DNA from: Hydrolagus colliei
Lineage: Eukaryota
Assembly: GCA_035084275.1 (NCBI GenBank)
Contig: CM068753.1
Location: 558,001-622,000 of the forward strand
Direction of reading: 5' to 3'
Length of the DNA stretch: 64,000 nucleotides
Below are positions 11,727 through 22,960 of the stretch, piece after piece. The notes beneath the pieces are model-generated. The model was not told where the DNA came from. It did not search any database and saw only the letters and a list, made by a program, of their open reading frames with translations. Every line of letters starts with the position of its first letter. The first letter of the stretch is position 1. The translations under genes and the position numbers were made by a program.

Positions 11727-12009
11727 AATTAAAATTACCACACAAGACTGTCGAACCAGGTGCCCGACTAATGGGACCTCAATCATTTGCAGCTCAAAGA
11801 TCACATCCGCTGCTATTCCTATTCCCGCTGCTCCCCCATTACCTGGCAATGCACCTCCTCCGCCTCCACCACCACCAACACCGTTGGAAACAACTCCCTT
11901 CGGTGCGAGCAAACCAAGCAAGTCTCAAGAAGATTCTGCTAAAGGAACTGAATCTGGTGGCAGAGGTCAACTCCTTGCATCGATTCGACGAGGCTTTTCA
12001 TTAAAGCCA
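11727..12009 (+). CDS. WASP-family gene exon: proline-rich region and WH2, with apparent frame break near its 5' end
   Basis: ttctag acceptor, CCA/gtaagt donor. AAIPIPAAPPLPGNAPPPPPPPPTP...GGRGQLLASIRRGFSLKP is a WH2 motif. 283 bp is 1 nt short of keeping frame from the phase-1 upstream exon. Confidence 0.8.
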
Positions 12010-13065
12010 GTAAGTATTGTTTAATGGAAACACGCCTCGGTTTATCTGCTTCAAATATTCCTGGGTTCAGAGTTTTAAAATCCGCTTTCAGTGTCTATTT
12101 GTAGATGACACTCTCTGCCCGAATGTTGAACTCTGCAAACTTGTGTTATCCTCTGTGATCTGTTTAGCAGATTATCACCAGGCACAGTGTTGTATGATAT
12201 ATCCTCTGGAGGACATGGTATTCAGTATGCCAGTGCCAGAATTATTAATAATACTACAGCTTTCACCCAAATGTTCTCTTCTGAATTGCTCCAAACAAGA
12301 TCATTTCAAAATGCTATTTAGCACAATTGCCTGGTTATTCATTTTATGTCAACCATGTTGAGATGGAATACATAGATTAAAAAAAAAACGAATGTCAATC
12401 TAATTATACTGGCGGGATGAGCGGAACTGGGGAAATCGGTAGCCCTTCATGATGGAGTCATGCTTTTTTTGTGTGTATCTTGCGTCAGTTTCTCTGTTTT
12501 ATTTGGCACTTGGGAATATCAAGATGGATATTATTTATGTGTACTTGTATTTAAAAAAAAACTGAGATGGCCCAGAGTTAACCCTTTTCGTTGACTAAAT
12601 TGAATAGTCATTAGGCTCAGCTATAATCAACAACAATACAATCACATTTGTAACACGCCTTTCATGTCAGGAGGACATCCCAAATCACTGACAAGTTGGG
12701 GATCAGGATGCAGATGGATAGTTGGAGATTAATCCCTCAAATATAGTGTAGAGCTGTGCCAGTGGCTAGATTATCAGCTATTGTATAGTCAACGGAAAAT
12801 GACGGACTCAATTTGTGGTAACTGGTGAGATTTACACCTTCAGAATGGGATTCATCGCGAAAGGACAAAATCAGCAATGTTAATTTCATTTATTCCCTGC
12901 TATTACTTTAACCTGCGTTTATTACCCCTTCTCCACCCCACCCCCCATCTCGATTCCACACTTTAACTTAGACGCACATGCGGAGGGTTGGGACATCACA
13001 CTTGCTCATGTGCTTCGGCAAACTGTCTATTGGCAAAGCTCTGCCTACATTTGAGGGATTATAAC

Positions 13066-13340
13066 AACAACACCAAACAACAACTTGGATTTATACAGCG
13101 CCCTCCACGCCAGACTGCGTCTCAGAGCGCTTCCTGATAACGGATCCCGGGGCCGAGCCAGGAGGACTGGGGAAAAAACGTGACCAAAAGCGTGGTCAAA
13201 AAGAACGGTCTTTAGCTGTGACCTGAAAATAGGAAAAGAGGGGGCGAGGTGAACGGAGTTCCAGAGCCTCGGGGGGTATAGTGGCTGAAGGCACGGCCGT
13301 CGAAGGTAGAACGGAGGATTCGGGGACAAGGAGGAAGCCA
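13066..13340 (-). mobile_element. L2 3' fragment, second subfamily
   Basis: FRSQLKTVLFDHAF motif; tail GAGACGCAGTCTGGCGTGGAGGGCGCTGTATAAATCCAAGTTGTTG; related copies at about 27357-27525 and 34138-34197. Confidence 0.75.
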
Positions 13341-13418
13341 GACAAGGAGAGTGGATTATGGCTGAGTGTAATGATTTTAACATAATTTTTTTTAAATGGA
13401 CCATTTTGAATTTTTCAG

Positions 13419-13521
13419 GTATCTCGTGATTCAAAACCACCTACAATTTCTGCTGAAGATGATATTGTGGGAGCCCTTAAAGACGTCATAGAGAAGAGGG
13501 CTAAAGTCCTTCTCACTCCGG
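13419..13521 (+). CDS. WASP-family gene exon: central (C) region
   Basis: tttttcag acceptor, G/gtgagc donor. VSRDSKPPTISAEDDIVGALKDVIEKRAKVLLTP (WASP GLVGALMHVMQKRSRAI). Confidence 0.88.
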
Positions 13522-13946
13522 GTGAGCCAATTATGTTCTTTTTTTCTTTTGGTTGAACCCTATATGTTTACCTGGGGTTCTGATGAATGTATCTGTTGGA
13601 GGAAAGCTTTATCTCCCCTCTCCCCATTCGCCAGCTCATCGCTTCTGAAGTGTATTGTCGTCCGTGCAGACCTGAGATTGGCTGTCTTTCCTGTCTTCAT
13701 AGCACAAAAAGTGCGTCGGAACTTCACATCGACTGAGTCACTCGAGTTTCACAGTTATCCTTATAATAGTGAAACTCAATATAATAGTGGTTTGGTGGTA
13801 TACCAGAACAGCAACATAGTCTGTTGTCATACCCATAGAACCAGCAAGCGAATACAGAGGCTTCTCATGAAATACTAATTGTGCCCTTTAACAGTACCTT
13901 ATGTCCAAATACTGTACACTGTTTCACAGCCAGTTTACTATCAAGT

Positions 13947-14437
13947 GAATCCTGTAGCTCAATGGTTAGAGCACTTGCCTTACAAGTGAGAGACCTGGGC
14001 TCCATTCCAGGTAGGTCAGGGCGAAACCTAGGGCAAGTTTTTCCTGACTCGACATGCCTGGGGGAAAAAAAATTAAATACTAAATCGGTCACTTCAATCC
14101 ACGACAAAACACAAAATACTACAGATGCTGGGAATCTGAGACAAAAACAAAAGTTGCTGGGGAAACTCAGCAGGTCAGGCAGCGCCCACAGAGAAAGGAA
14201 AAAGAGTCAACGTTTCAGGTCTGCAAACCCAAACGCCTGCAACCCGAAACAACTGCAACAGTCGTGGATTGAAGTCGTGGTTTTCAACTCACGACTGTTT
14301 GTGGGTCAGTGCAGCGTGCAATTGTCTGCTGCATTTCTCCCATAAGTATACAGTCGATTCACATTATATTCTGTGAAGTGCTTTGAAACGTCTAGAAGAC
14401 GTGAAAAGCACTGTATCAAGCACAAGGATTATTATTA
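13947..14437 (+). mobile_element. Full-length tRNA-derived SINE interrupted by a Penelope-like fragment (about 14106-14260)
   Basis: Head, body and (ATT)n tail present; insert CAAAATACTACAGATGCTGGGAATCTG...CAGCAGGTCAGGCAGC matches the element at 44853. Confidence 0.8.
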
Positions 14438-14952
14438 CTATATTAGTTGGCCAATACTGCAGCTAGTTGTACAAGCAGAGTCTCGCCAAGAGGTGACTCA
14501 CTAATTCTTCTTGAGAATTATTCACGAAGAGACTGGTGGAAACATCCTTCTCCTTTGTAGAATCTTTAACGCTCACCTGGACGTGCAAAGGGACCTCAGT
14601 TTTTGATCAATATCTGAAAAATAACCATATGAACTGGAATATTGGCATTTAAATAATCTCTGCTCTAGGTATGGGGCTTGACGACGATGATAATAATAAT
14701 CCTTGCTGTTGATATTGCTAGTCACATTGTTCAGAGGTCTCGATACACAGAATATATTGGGGCAAGTGGATTGATTGACTTTTATGCGCAAAACACGGCC
14801 GTCAATTGCACACTGAAGTTTTCCCATTAACAGTCAATGTGAAAACAAATGAGGATTTCTCACAGATTCTTGGAATGAAGTGGGGAGAGCAGGGGGAAAA
14901 AAAAACGCAGTCCCATTTTAAGTTGAAGTTAATCTATTTTTCCTTCTTCCAG

Positions 14953-14987
14953 ATGATGTCTCTGACGATGAGGAGTGGCACGTTTAA
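14953..14987 (+). CDS. WASP-family gene last coding exon: acidic region with the Arp2/3-binding Trp
   Basis: cttcttccag acceptor, (D)DVSDDEEWHV-stop, phase 1 matches the previous exon. Confidence 0.88.
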
Positions 14988-15463
14988 ATTTACGTCTCCT
15001 GGTCATGGCGTGATTGCAAGGCGAATGCCTTTTTGGAATGTTCCAACAACTTTGCATAGTTTGTATTTAAAACAGTCCTTGTATTTGTGTTGTTGAACTA
15101 GTACTTTGTTGGTGGGTAATCACTTTGAGGCCTGACAGCAGAGTGATACTATCCACATTGTACAATGTTTTGCTGCTGTGAGTGTAGAAAGGTAGAATCT
15201 TTCAGTTTGACATTTGAACTTTATTGACTTGTTAAGGCAAGCCTGGATGTTGTGTCACTGCAGAAAGCAGAATTGACATGTTTGAAGTGCTTAGTGATTT
15301 CCAGGGGTGGGGGTCCTCTCCTTCAACTATTATCTTCTTCTAGATGTTCTGGAATTTCTGTTGGGTTGTCTGTTTCTGATGGTAAATGTTTTTTTTAAAT
15401 GGAAGTAACTACTGTGGTGTCTTTTTATAAATGGACGTTAATTATGCTTGTATTTTTGTAAGA

Positions 15464-15469
15464 AATAAA
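15464..15469 (+). terminator. Polyadenylation signal of the WASP-family gene
   Basis: AATAAA about 480 nt after the stop, preceded by TGTA and T-rich elements. Confidence 0.6.
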
Positions 15470-15614
15470 GAAATGCTTATTGGTCAAGGACATTTATTTT
15501 CACTGCTTTCCCATGGGATGCACTATTTTCCCTTTTGATAATTTTTAGTCCTGCCAGGAAAGATTCGTGAACCTGAAGTTGCTTTTGTGGCTCATCCGGT
15601 TTTAATCTGCAGTA

Positions 15615-15990
15615 GATAGTAATCTTGCATCTGAGTCAGAAGATTGTGGGTTTCAGTCTCATGTGAGATCTTGACCTCAGTCTAGGCTCCTAATCCAGTA
15701 CAGTGCTAGGTGTCTGCTTATTGTTGGAGGTGCCTAAGTCAGATGTTAAAATGAGGTCCCTTCTGCTTTTTCTAGTGGACATTTAAGATCCAATTCAGAG
15801 AAGGCAATTTCTCCTTGAGACCTGGTCAGCAACACCCCAAGATAAAAATTAAACATTCACGCCAATCTGTTTGTGGGATATTGATGTGTCAAATTGGCTA
15901 CTGTCTTTGTCCACAAGTAGTTACTGCGCTTTACTGTAAAACAAAGTGTTTGGAGACTCACATGAAGTTAAACAGAACTTGTTTGTTTTC
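15615..15990 (+). mobile_element. Old DeuSINE (SacSINE1/AmnSINE-like), near full length
   Basis: CTGAGTCAGAAGATTGTGGGTTTCAGTC head, TGTTGGAGGTGCC...GATGTTAAAATGAGGTCCC...GTGGACATTTAAGATCC central domain, TGTTTGTGGGA...CAAATTGGCT 3' part. Family assignment from recalled consensus. Confidence 0.65.
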
Positions 15991-17980
15991 CTGGAACTTC
16001 CAAGGCAAGTAAGTTGACCATGTTCCACCGGTTTAATTAGACATTATTGCAGATTTTTAAAAAAATTATATTTTGCTCTCCATAACCGTTTCTTCCCATT
16101 AAGCAATCCAATATTGCTTCTGCGGCTTCTGGTTTGTTGCAATCCCCATCTTCAAACCCGATGGAATTTTTTTTTAATTAACGTTTAACCAATTTAGATG
16201 TAATTTTAAGATTGTTCCTTTTGTTTTGAAAATTGTTGCTTTGGAACCTGTTGCTTTTCTTCTGGCATGTGTTTTTATTGCATAAGTTGGCCAGTTTTTT
16301 TAAAAAAAACACACACGTTTGTGATTGTTCCCTTCCACTGCAAATTGCCTTGTGGGAGAGGTGACCAGAATCGGCTAAGTGGTGAGGTGTGTATCTGTAT
16401 ATTTTTAATGGATTGGAGAGGAAGTTGAAATGCTTCCCTACGGGAGAATTCAAAACCAAGGAATGTCATCTGCATACATGTTCCCAGATCACCAAAAGTA
16501 ATCCAAGTTTAAATTCAAAGTATTCATCACTGATGTGTACTAACCTGTATGATGCAGGCAACACAGCAGCCTGGCCTCCTGTCAACACCTTCATCCTCTG
16601 AGGTCAAACCCTGTAAAATATGGAAATTGTTCAAAGGAATGGAAGACTGGAGGAAAGAGAGGAATGCCACGTGTCTGAGCAAAGTCCTGCCCGATGCTTG
16701 GGTCAGATAACATTTACTGTTCGAATTAAATGCTCCCATTGAAATTGATCTCAAGAGCCTAAATCCAACTGTGTCAAACCATTGCTGACATAAATCAGAA
16801 GATTGTTGTGACATTTTGGCTAAACAAGAGTATATATTCTTGGCCCTTGATGCATTGGTATGTTTCCAAACACAGCTATTTTTATTTGAGCTTCATGGTC
16901 AGGTTTGCTGGTGGGCGGGTTATCACTCATATCATTCATATTACTCATGAGCACTTGGTGGTAGGAAAAATTTGCAGAGAAACGGAGACGAGAAGGAAAT
17001 GGATATTTGCAATGGATAGTTAAATCCAAATGAAGGAGCCATTGCCACTTCAAGGACGCTGAGACTGGTTCCTGGCATCTATCGAATAGGCTTCTCTCCC
17101 GATGCTCCTTCAAGCAGCCTAGATCATTGATTGCTGGTTGGATGTGTGTCCAGTTTCACCACTGGACAGGAGTGAAGAATCCTAAATCCCAATGACTGGT
17201 GTGCTTCACAAAGGGCCTGCTTTGAGTTGTGTAATGACCCATAAAATAATCTAATCCAGTTGTTAACTGTTTTTTTTAAAGAATTTTTTTTGGGTCTGGA
17301 CTTCTTGTGGGAGGGAGATGTGTGGCCAAGGGATTGGAGAGGGTGGAGTTGGCAGGTGAGATCCCCTGGCTGAAGGAGGGGTAGTGGATATCTGGGGGTC
17401 TGATGGCTGACATTTTGACATGCAGAATCCTACCCTCCTGCTTAAGAACATCCAAAACCTACAGCGTTCCACACGTACATGGGCACATCCCTATGCCCGG
17501 AATAGAAAATACATCCCTGGGAAGAGGTGTGGGATGGAATACATGTTGTCTGAGGTGTTGCACCCCGCTCATTTCATTTCAGTAGGTGACCAGAGGAACC
17601 GATAGTCTGTGTGGGATGTTGCCGTGAAAGGCGCTGTACAAATGTAATTTCATTGTTGTTGCTAAAGCGTTCAACTTGGGAGAACCGAGAAGTTTCACTC
17701 CGCTTGCCCACCGAGGTCCACCCTAGGTGTTTCATCTGGGCTTCAGCTTGCAGAGGTGAACCAGGAACCATGGTCAGGCGATTCTAGAGGACTGTAATCA
17801 AGAGACTTGAGCACCAGGGAGAGAAGGCGTCGAGCAACTTGAGGAGGGATTGGGAAGAAGGAAGAGGAGAAGTGAACAGGAAGGGCAGGGAGGATGGATT
17901 CAGAAGGTTGGAAGAAGGGACTCCATCCTGACTCACGCACACATCACACGTGTGTTTTGTTTATTTCCTTGTTGTGTGAG

Positions 17981-18250
17981 TGGCCCCGCCCCCTCACGGG
18001 GGTGGGGAGGGGAGCGTGTGATTGACAGCCCGGCCCCGCCCCCACGGGGGAGCGGGTGATTGACAGCCCGGCCCCGCCCCCACGGGGGAGCGGGTGATTG
18101 ACAGCCAGGCCCCGCCCCCACGGGGGAGCGGGTGATAGACAGCCCGGCCCCGCCCCCACGGTGGGGAGCGGGTGATTGACAGCCCTGCCCCGCCTCTCCC
18201 CCCCCCCACCCCCCGCGATGAGTGGGAGCGTGTGATTGACAGCCCTGCCC
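17981..18250. promoter_or_regulatory. 38-bp tandem array of TGATTGACAG plus GC-box in the distal PFKFB4 CpG-island promoter
   Basis: Unit GGAGCGGGTGATTGACAGCCCGGCCCCGCCCCCACGGG; decamer starts at 18019, 18057, 18095, 18133 (variant TGATAGACAG), 18173 and 18233. Confidence 0.85.
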
Positions 18251-18555
18251 ACACGCGGAGGCTACGCCCCGTCAACGCCCACCGCTTAGTCAGTGGCCCC
18301 ACCCACCCCGCAGAGGCCACGCCCCCCACAATCCAACAGACCGGTATCCGGGCCCCGCCCTACGTAGAGACCACGCCCCCCAAACCGCGCACTGACCCCG
18401 CCCATGTCCGTCGCCCCGCTCCCCCCTGCCTTGACTGACTGACTGACTGACAGCAGCGGCGCGCGGGGCTGTGCGAGTAAGTGAGTGAGTGAGTGAGTAA
18501 GCGCGTGCTGCTGTCTCCCCCCCCCCCAACCGTCACCCGCCGTCGCCCCTCCGGT

Positions 18556-18601
18556 ATGAGGGACTGGAGGTCGGTCACGTCCGCCTACTCTTCGAGCAGA
18601 G
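18556..18601 (+). CDS. PFKFB4: PFKFB4 distal alternative first coding exon (MRDWRSVTSAYSSSR)
   Basis: ATG in a CpG island, strong donor GAG/gtaagg, phase 1, in frame with exon 2 at 50327 (gives ...[14 protein letters not shown]). Confidence 0.65.
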
Positions 18602-19217
18602 GTAAGGGAGAGAGTGGGGGAGGGGGGGGGAGGGAGGGAGGCGATGGCCGACCGTACTGACTCCAAACGGTTTTTTTTAAAAAAAGAGAGCCAGGTTCTG
18701 AAGTAAACAAGTGCGGTTAAGAGGACATGGGGGGGGGGGAGCTCCTGAGAGAGGGGGCAGAGGCCATTCCTGAAGGAGGGGGGAGTGTGTGTGTGGGGGG
18801 GGGAGGGGAGTGTGTGTGGGGGGGGGAGGGGAGTGTGTGGGGGGGGGGGGAGTGTGTGTGTTGGGGGGGGTACCTCCTGAGGGGGGGGGGAGAGGAAACG
18901 GATGAATGAGACGGATTTCTTGAGTGGTGGGGGGGGGGGGGGGGGGAGAGCTCCTGAGTGAGAGAGATGGGTGGGGGGGGGGGGGGGAGATTTCCTGAGG
19001 GAGTGGAGGGGGGGGGGGGGTGAGGGGTGAAGCCACACTTGTGTGAGGGTGGGGGGGGGGAGCGGAGCTGGAGGTCGTGGAGTTCATGTTCAGGGTCAGC
19101 CTGTGACGTTGACTTGTTGTGAGTGAGTGGGGAGGGAAGGGGGGGGGGGGAGTGGAGAGGAAGGAAGGAAGGAGATGCGTGGGCCGAGGGGTTGGTGGTG
19201 GGTTTGTGTGTGGAGGC

Positions 19218-19680
19218 GGGGGGGGGGAGAGAGGGGGGGGGGGGATAGAGAGGGGGGGGGAGAGAGAGGGTGGGGGAGAGAGAGGGTGGGGGGGGGGGGG
19301 AGAGAGATTGGGGGGGGGGGGAGAGAGAGAGAGTCGGGGGGGGGGAGAGAGAGGGGGGGGGAGAGACAGAGGAGGGGGGGGGGAGAGAGAGAGGGGGGCG
19401 GAGAGAGAGGGGGGGGGGAGAGAGAGGGGGGGGGGGAGAGAGAGGGGGGGGGAGAGAGAGGGGGGGGGAGAGAGAGGGGGGGGGGGAGAGAGAGGGGGGG
19501 GGGGGAGAGAGAGGGGGGGGGGAGAGAGAGGGGGGGGGGGGAGAGAGAGGGGGGGGGAGAGAGGGGGGGGGGGAGAGAGGGGGGGGGGGGGAGGGAGAGA
19601 GACAGAGAGGGGGGGGAGAGAGACAGAGAGGGGGGGGAGAGAGAGAGTCGGGGGGGGGGGGAGAGAGAGACAGAGAGGGG
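19218..19680. repeat. About 460-bp G/A polypurine low-complexity tract
   Basis: Repeated G7-11 runs separated by (AG)3-4. Confidence 0.95.
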
Positions 19681-20343
19681 GTTCTGGGAGCGGGAGGAGG
19701 AAATGAGGGTGGAGTTGGCAATGGAGGTCTCCGGGCTTAGGGAGATGTGAAGTGTGTGTGTGGGGGGGGGGGGGGGGGGGGGAGTCTGGTGGCTGGGAAC
19801 AGGCCCCGTCCCTCGGTAAATAACTTGTCCCGGTATTGTACGAGCCCGTGTGTGTGTGTGTGTTGATTTAAACTCGGGGCCCAGGTCTCTCTCTCTCTCT
19901 TCACCCCACCTCCACCAACTGGTTCCCAATACAATGTCTCTCCTCCCCTCCCCCCCCGCTTTAATCCTTGTCCAAGAGACACCCCTGGGATCCCTCACTC
20001 ATTCTGCTTGAATTTAAGTTTTTCTCTCACCCCCCCCCCCCCTCCCGTTTTTATTTAAACCTCAAACCAGTCAAACCAGAGCTGTCAGTGGGGTCACAAT
20101 CACGTTTTACGCTTCATCAGGGATTGAAGCAGCGGCCAGGCACTCACCGTGGGCTGTGTGTGTGTCAGTGAGCTTTTAATCAACCCTTGTCACCGATTCC
20201 AGCAATCAAACCCGCAGTAGTGGTCAGCAGCAGACAGGCAGGCAGCGTGTTTTATTATTGTATATATATATAGTGTTTTATTATTGTATATGTATATATA
20301 TATAGTGTTTTATTATTGTGTGGGATAATACTCTCGACGTGAA

Positions 20344-20498
20344 NNNNNNNNNNNNNNNNNNNNNNNNNNNNNNNNNNNNNNNNNNNNNNNNNNNNNNNNN
20401 NNNNNNNNNNNNNNNNNNNNNNNNNNNNNNNNNNNNNNNNNNNNNNNNNNNNNNNNNNNNNNNNNNNNNNNNNNNNNNNNNNNNNNNNNNNNNNNNNN
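20344..20498. other. Assembly gap (155 N)
   Basis: Run of N. Confidence 1.
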
Positions 20499-22214
20499 CA
20501 AACACATACATTAATTAGAAGGCAGTTCCAGGGTCGAGATCACTTAAATCTCACTTCCTGGTACAAACTGTTGCAAGGAATGTAGCTCTTTTTTTATTTA
20601 AAAACAAACCCAAACCAAACGATTGTTAACCGGCGGCAGCTCCCTGTTGTGGGGTGGAGGAGTGTTTGTAAACACGTTGAGGTTTGTTTTCCCAATCGCT
20701 GATGTCACCCACATCCCTTCAGTGCTCGGTAGCCTTGTAATGAGCTCCCAGCGTCTGTTGTTCTGCATCTTAATCCACTCAAGGGATAGGAGATTAGCTC
20801 CTAAATCTCTTTGAGTTTCGCCATCACGGTTTTGTAATCTTAAAATGCTTGTAGGTGTTGGTGAATTGCAATGAACTCTAGGTCATCTATTTCACGAACT
20901 AAATCACCTGGAAGATAAATAAATAACCCCTATCATTCAGACTAAAAAGTTTGCAACTGATCCTGAATGCAGCACGGGCGTTGGCATCCATGGGTTTGAG
21001 TGCTTACACAGTTTTTTTTAGACAAACTCCTTAAACAATCTGATTTAATGCAAGCCATTGATCAGTCTACTGTGCATTTCTGATCATCTCTTCCTGCCCC
21101 CTCATGTAATATTTAGCGAATAAGTTGTACAATTGGCCTTTTCACTTTCCTATTTGTATGCTGCTGAAAATGAGAAAACTTACAATTCCAAAATGTGAAG
21201 TGAAATATTTAGTGAATAAGCAAATTTAGCGAATTGGTCATTCTGGCCAAATTGAAGGAATTATTCGGAATAAAGCATTGACTTCATATATGGATCATTT
21301 GTATTTGTAATACACATCTTGTATTTATCAATAAATACAAGATGTGTATCAGCATTACAGTGTGCTGCCACTCTTAAGTCATTTTAAAAAAAGCTACGTT
21401 ACTGTTTGTGGGTTTGCCCCCAAAATCAATTCACTTTGCATTATATTCTGTAAAGCACTTTGAGATGTCTTGAAGATGTGATAAGGTGCTATTATCAAAT
21501 GCAAATATTATTTATATTTAAATTCTTGAGCTAATGGGTTTTCAAATCTCTACAAGCTAACTGTTAAAAATATTGATTTAGAATAAATATCCTGCTGCTG
21601 CTGCTGCAGAAGTGCATTTGCTTGTTGTGGTTCTGTTATAACAGTTCACAACTTTTTAGATAGTACAGTACATATGTAATGATTTTAAAAGAAAACTTGG
21701 TTAGTTTCAGCAGATTTGGCTACAGTTCTAAAAGCAAATTTGCCCTCATATTTTTGAAACCTGTAAAGTTAATATCTCACACTAGTGTACATTTTGTGCA
21801 GGTCAAGTACAGCCTCCATCATTCCTCCAGTATTCTGCCCCCATCATAGATCAGTGGTTGAGTTGGGGATGTCTGTGGCCCTTGTGGCTCTGTACCATAC
21901 TGTCCTCATTCACTGGGCTATTACGGTAGCAGACTTGCCTGTTGACAGTAAAACATTCTCCAATGACTGATTTTCCTCTCCCCACCAAAAAAGTTTCCAA
22001 AGGATTTCTGCTGTGTCTGTTCTGTTCCTGTCTTACTTGCAAAACTTCCTCCTTGGTAACTAAATTTCTTTCAAGCAAAAATTACAATAGTGAACCCTGT
22101 GATCTCTTCTATGCTGTATGAATCTTCCAAAAGCTCCACAGCTGAACTTGATGCTGGTATGAGGGCTGTTGCCCTGGATATAGTACTCAAATTGTTGTCC
22201 GTTCTGCTTTGTAA

Positions 22215-22960
22215 TAACAACTTGCATTTATGTAGTGCCCTTCATAAAGTATAATGTCTCAAAGCTCTTTACAGAGCCATCGGCCACCAAATAGGGGAGA
22301 GGGGAAAGATGACCAAAGACAAGGAAGGCTTTAAGATGGGGTTTAAACTTGGGTAGAAAGAGAATGAGACAGAGGAGTAGAGGAAAGAAGTTCCAGAGGT
22401 TAGGGGTGTAGAATCTGAAATATTGGCCACCAAATGGACAGGGAATGCAAGCAAGCTAACGAGCAGCGGGGCGAGTGGAGTGGTCAAGGTTCCAGGTGAA
22501 GAGATTTGTGGGTGAGCATGAGGACCTTTAAAATGGCTCTGCAGCAAACTAATGGAACTTGGTGAGGGGTGATTAAAAGCACTTTAGTTGCATTTCCATG
22601 GGCTGTATGTTGGTGCAGGTGAGATTGTGAGCAGTGGAGATTTGGATAAGTTGCAGTTTATAGGTGGAATTACTTGGGAGACCAAATGAGAAGCACGTTT
22701 GAAAAATTTCAGACAAAAGACGTTTTGTGGATTGGTTGTGAAAAAAACAAACTTGGTCAGGGACCATGCATGGGGAGAAAGGAGAATTGTGGATTGAACC
22801 ATAGGCCAAGATTGCATATTAATTCAGTGAGCTTTAGAGAGAGAGAGACGCTACGGATGTTTAGGAGGTCAGAGATTGGAGTGAGGAGATGTTGGTGGGA
22901 GTAAAGGAGGATGGCTTCTGCCTTGCATATATAGTTGCAAGAAATTGCAAGAAAGGCTTT
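22215..22960 (-). mobile_element. Old degenerate L2 fragment
   Basis: L2-like tail at 22215; degenerate GLPSNSTYKLQLIQISTAHNLT motif on the minus strand. Confidence 0.55.

Noticed and set aside
11262-11921. 219-aa minus-strand ORF
   Set aside because: Antisense shadow of the proline-rich exon plus an L2 fragment.
18011-18250. CRISPR-like regular repeats
   Set aside because: Head-to-tail units with no unique spacers, vertebrate context, no cas genes.
18286-19998. Long Pro-rich and Gly-rich ORFs (up to 334 aa)
   Set aside because: Same low-complexity artefact.
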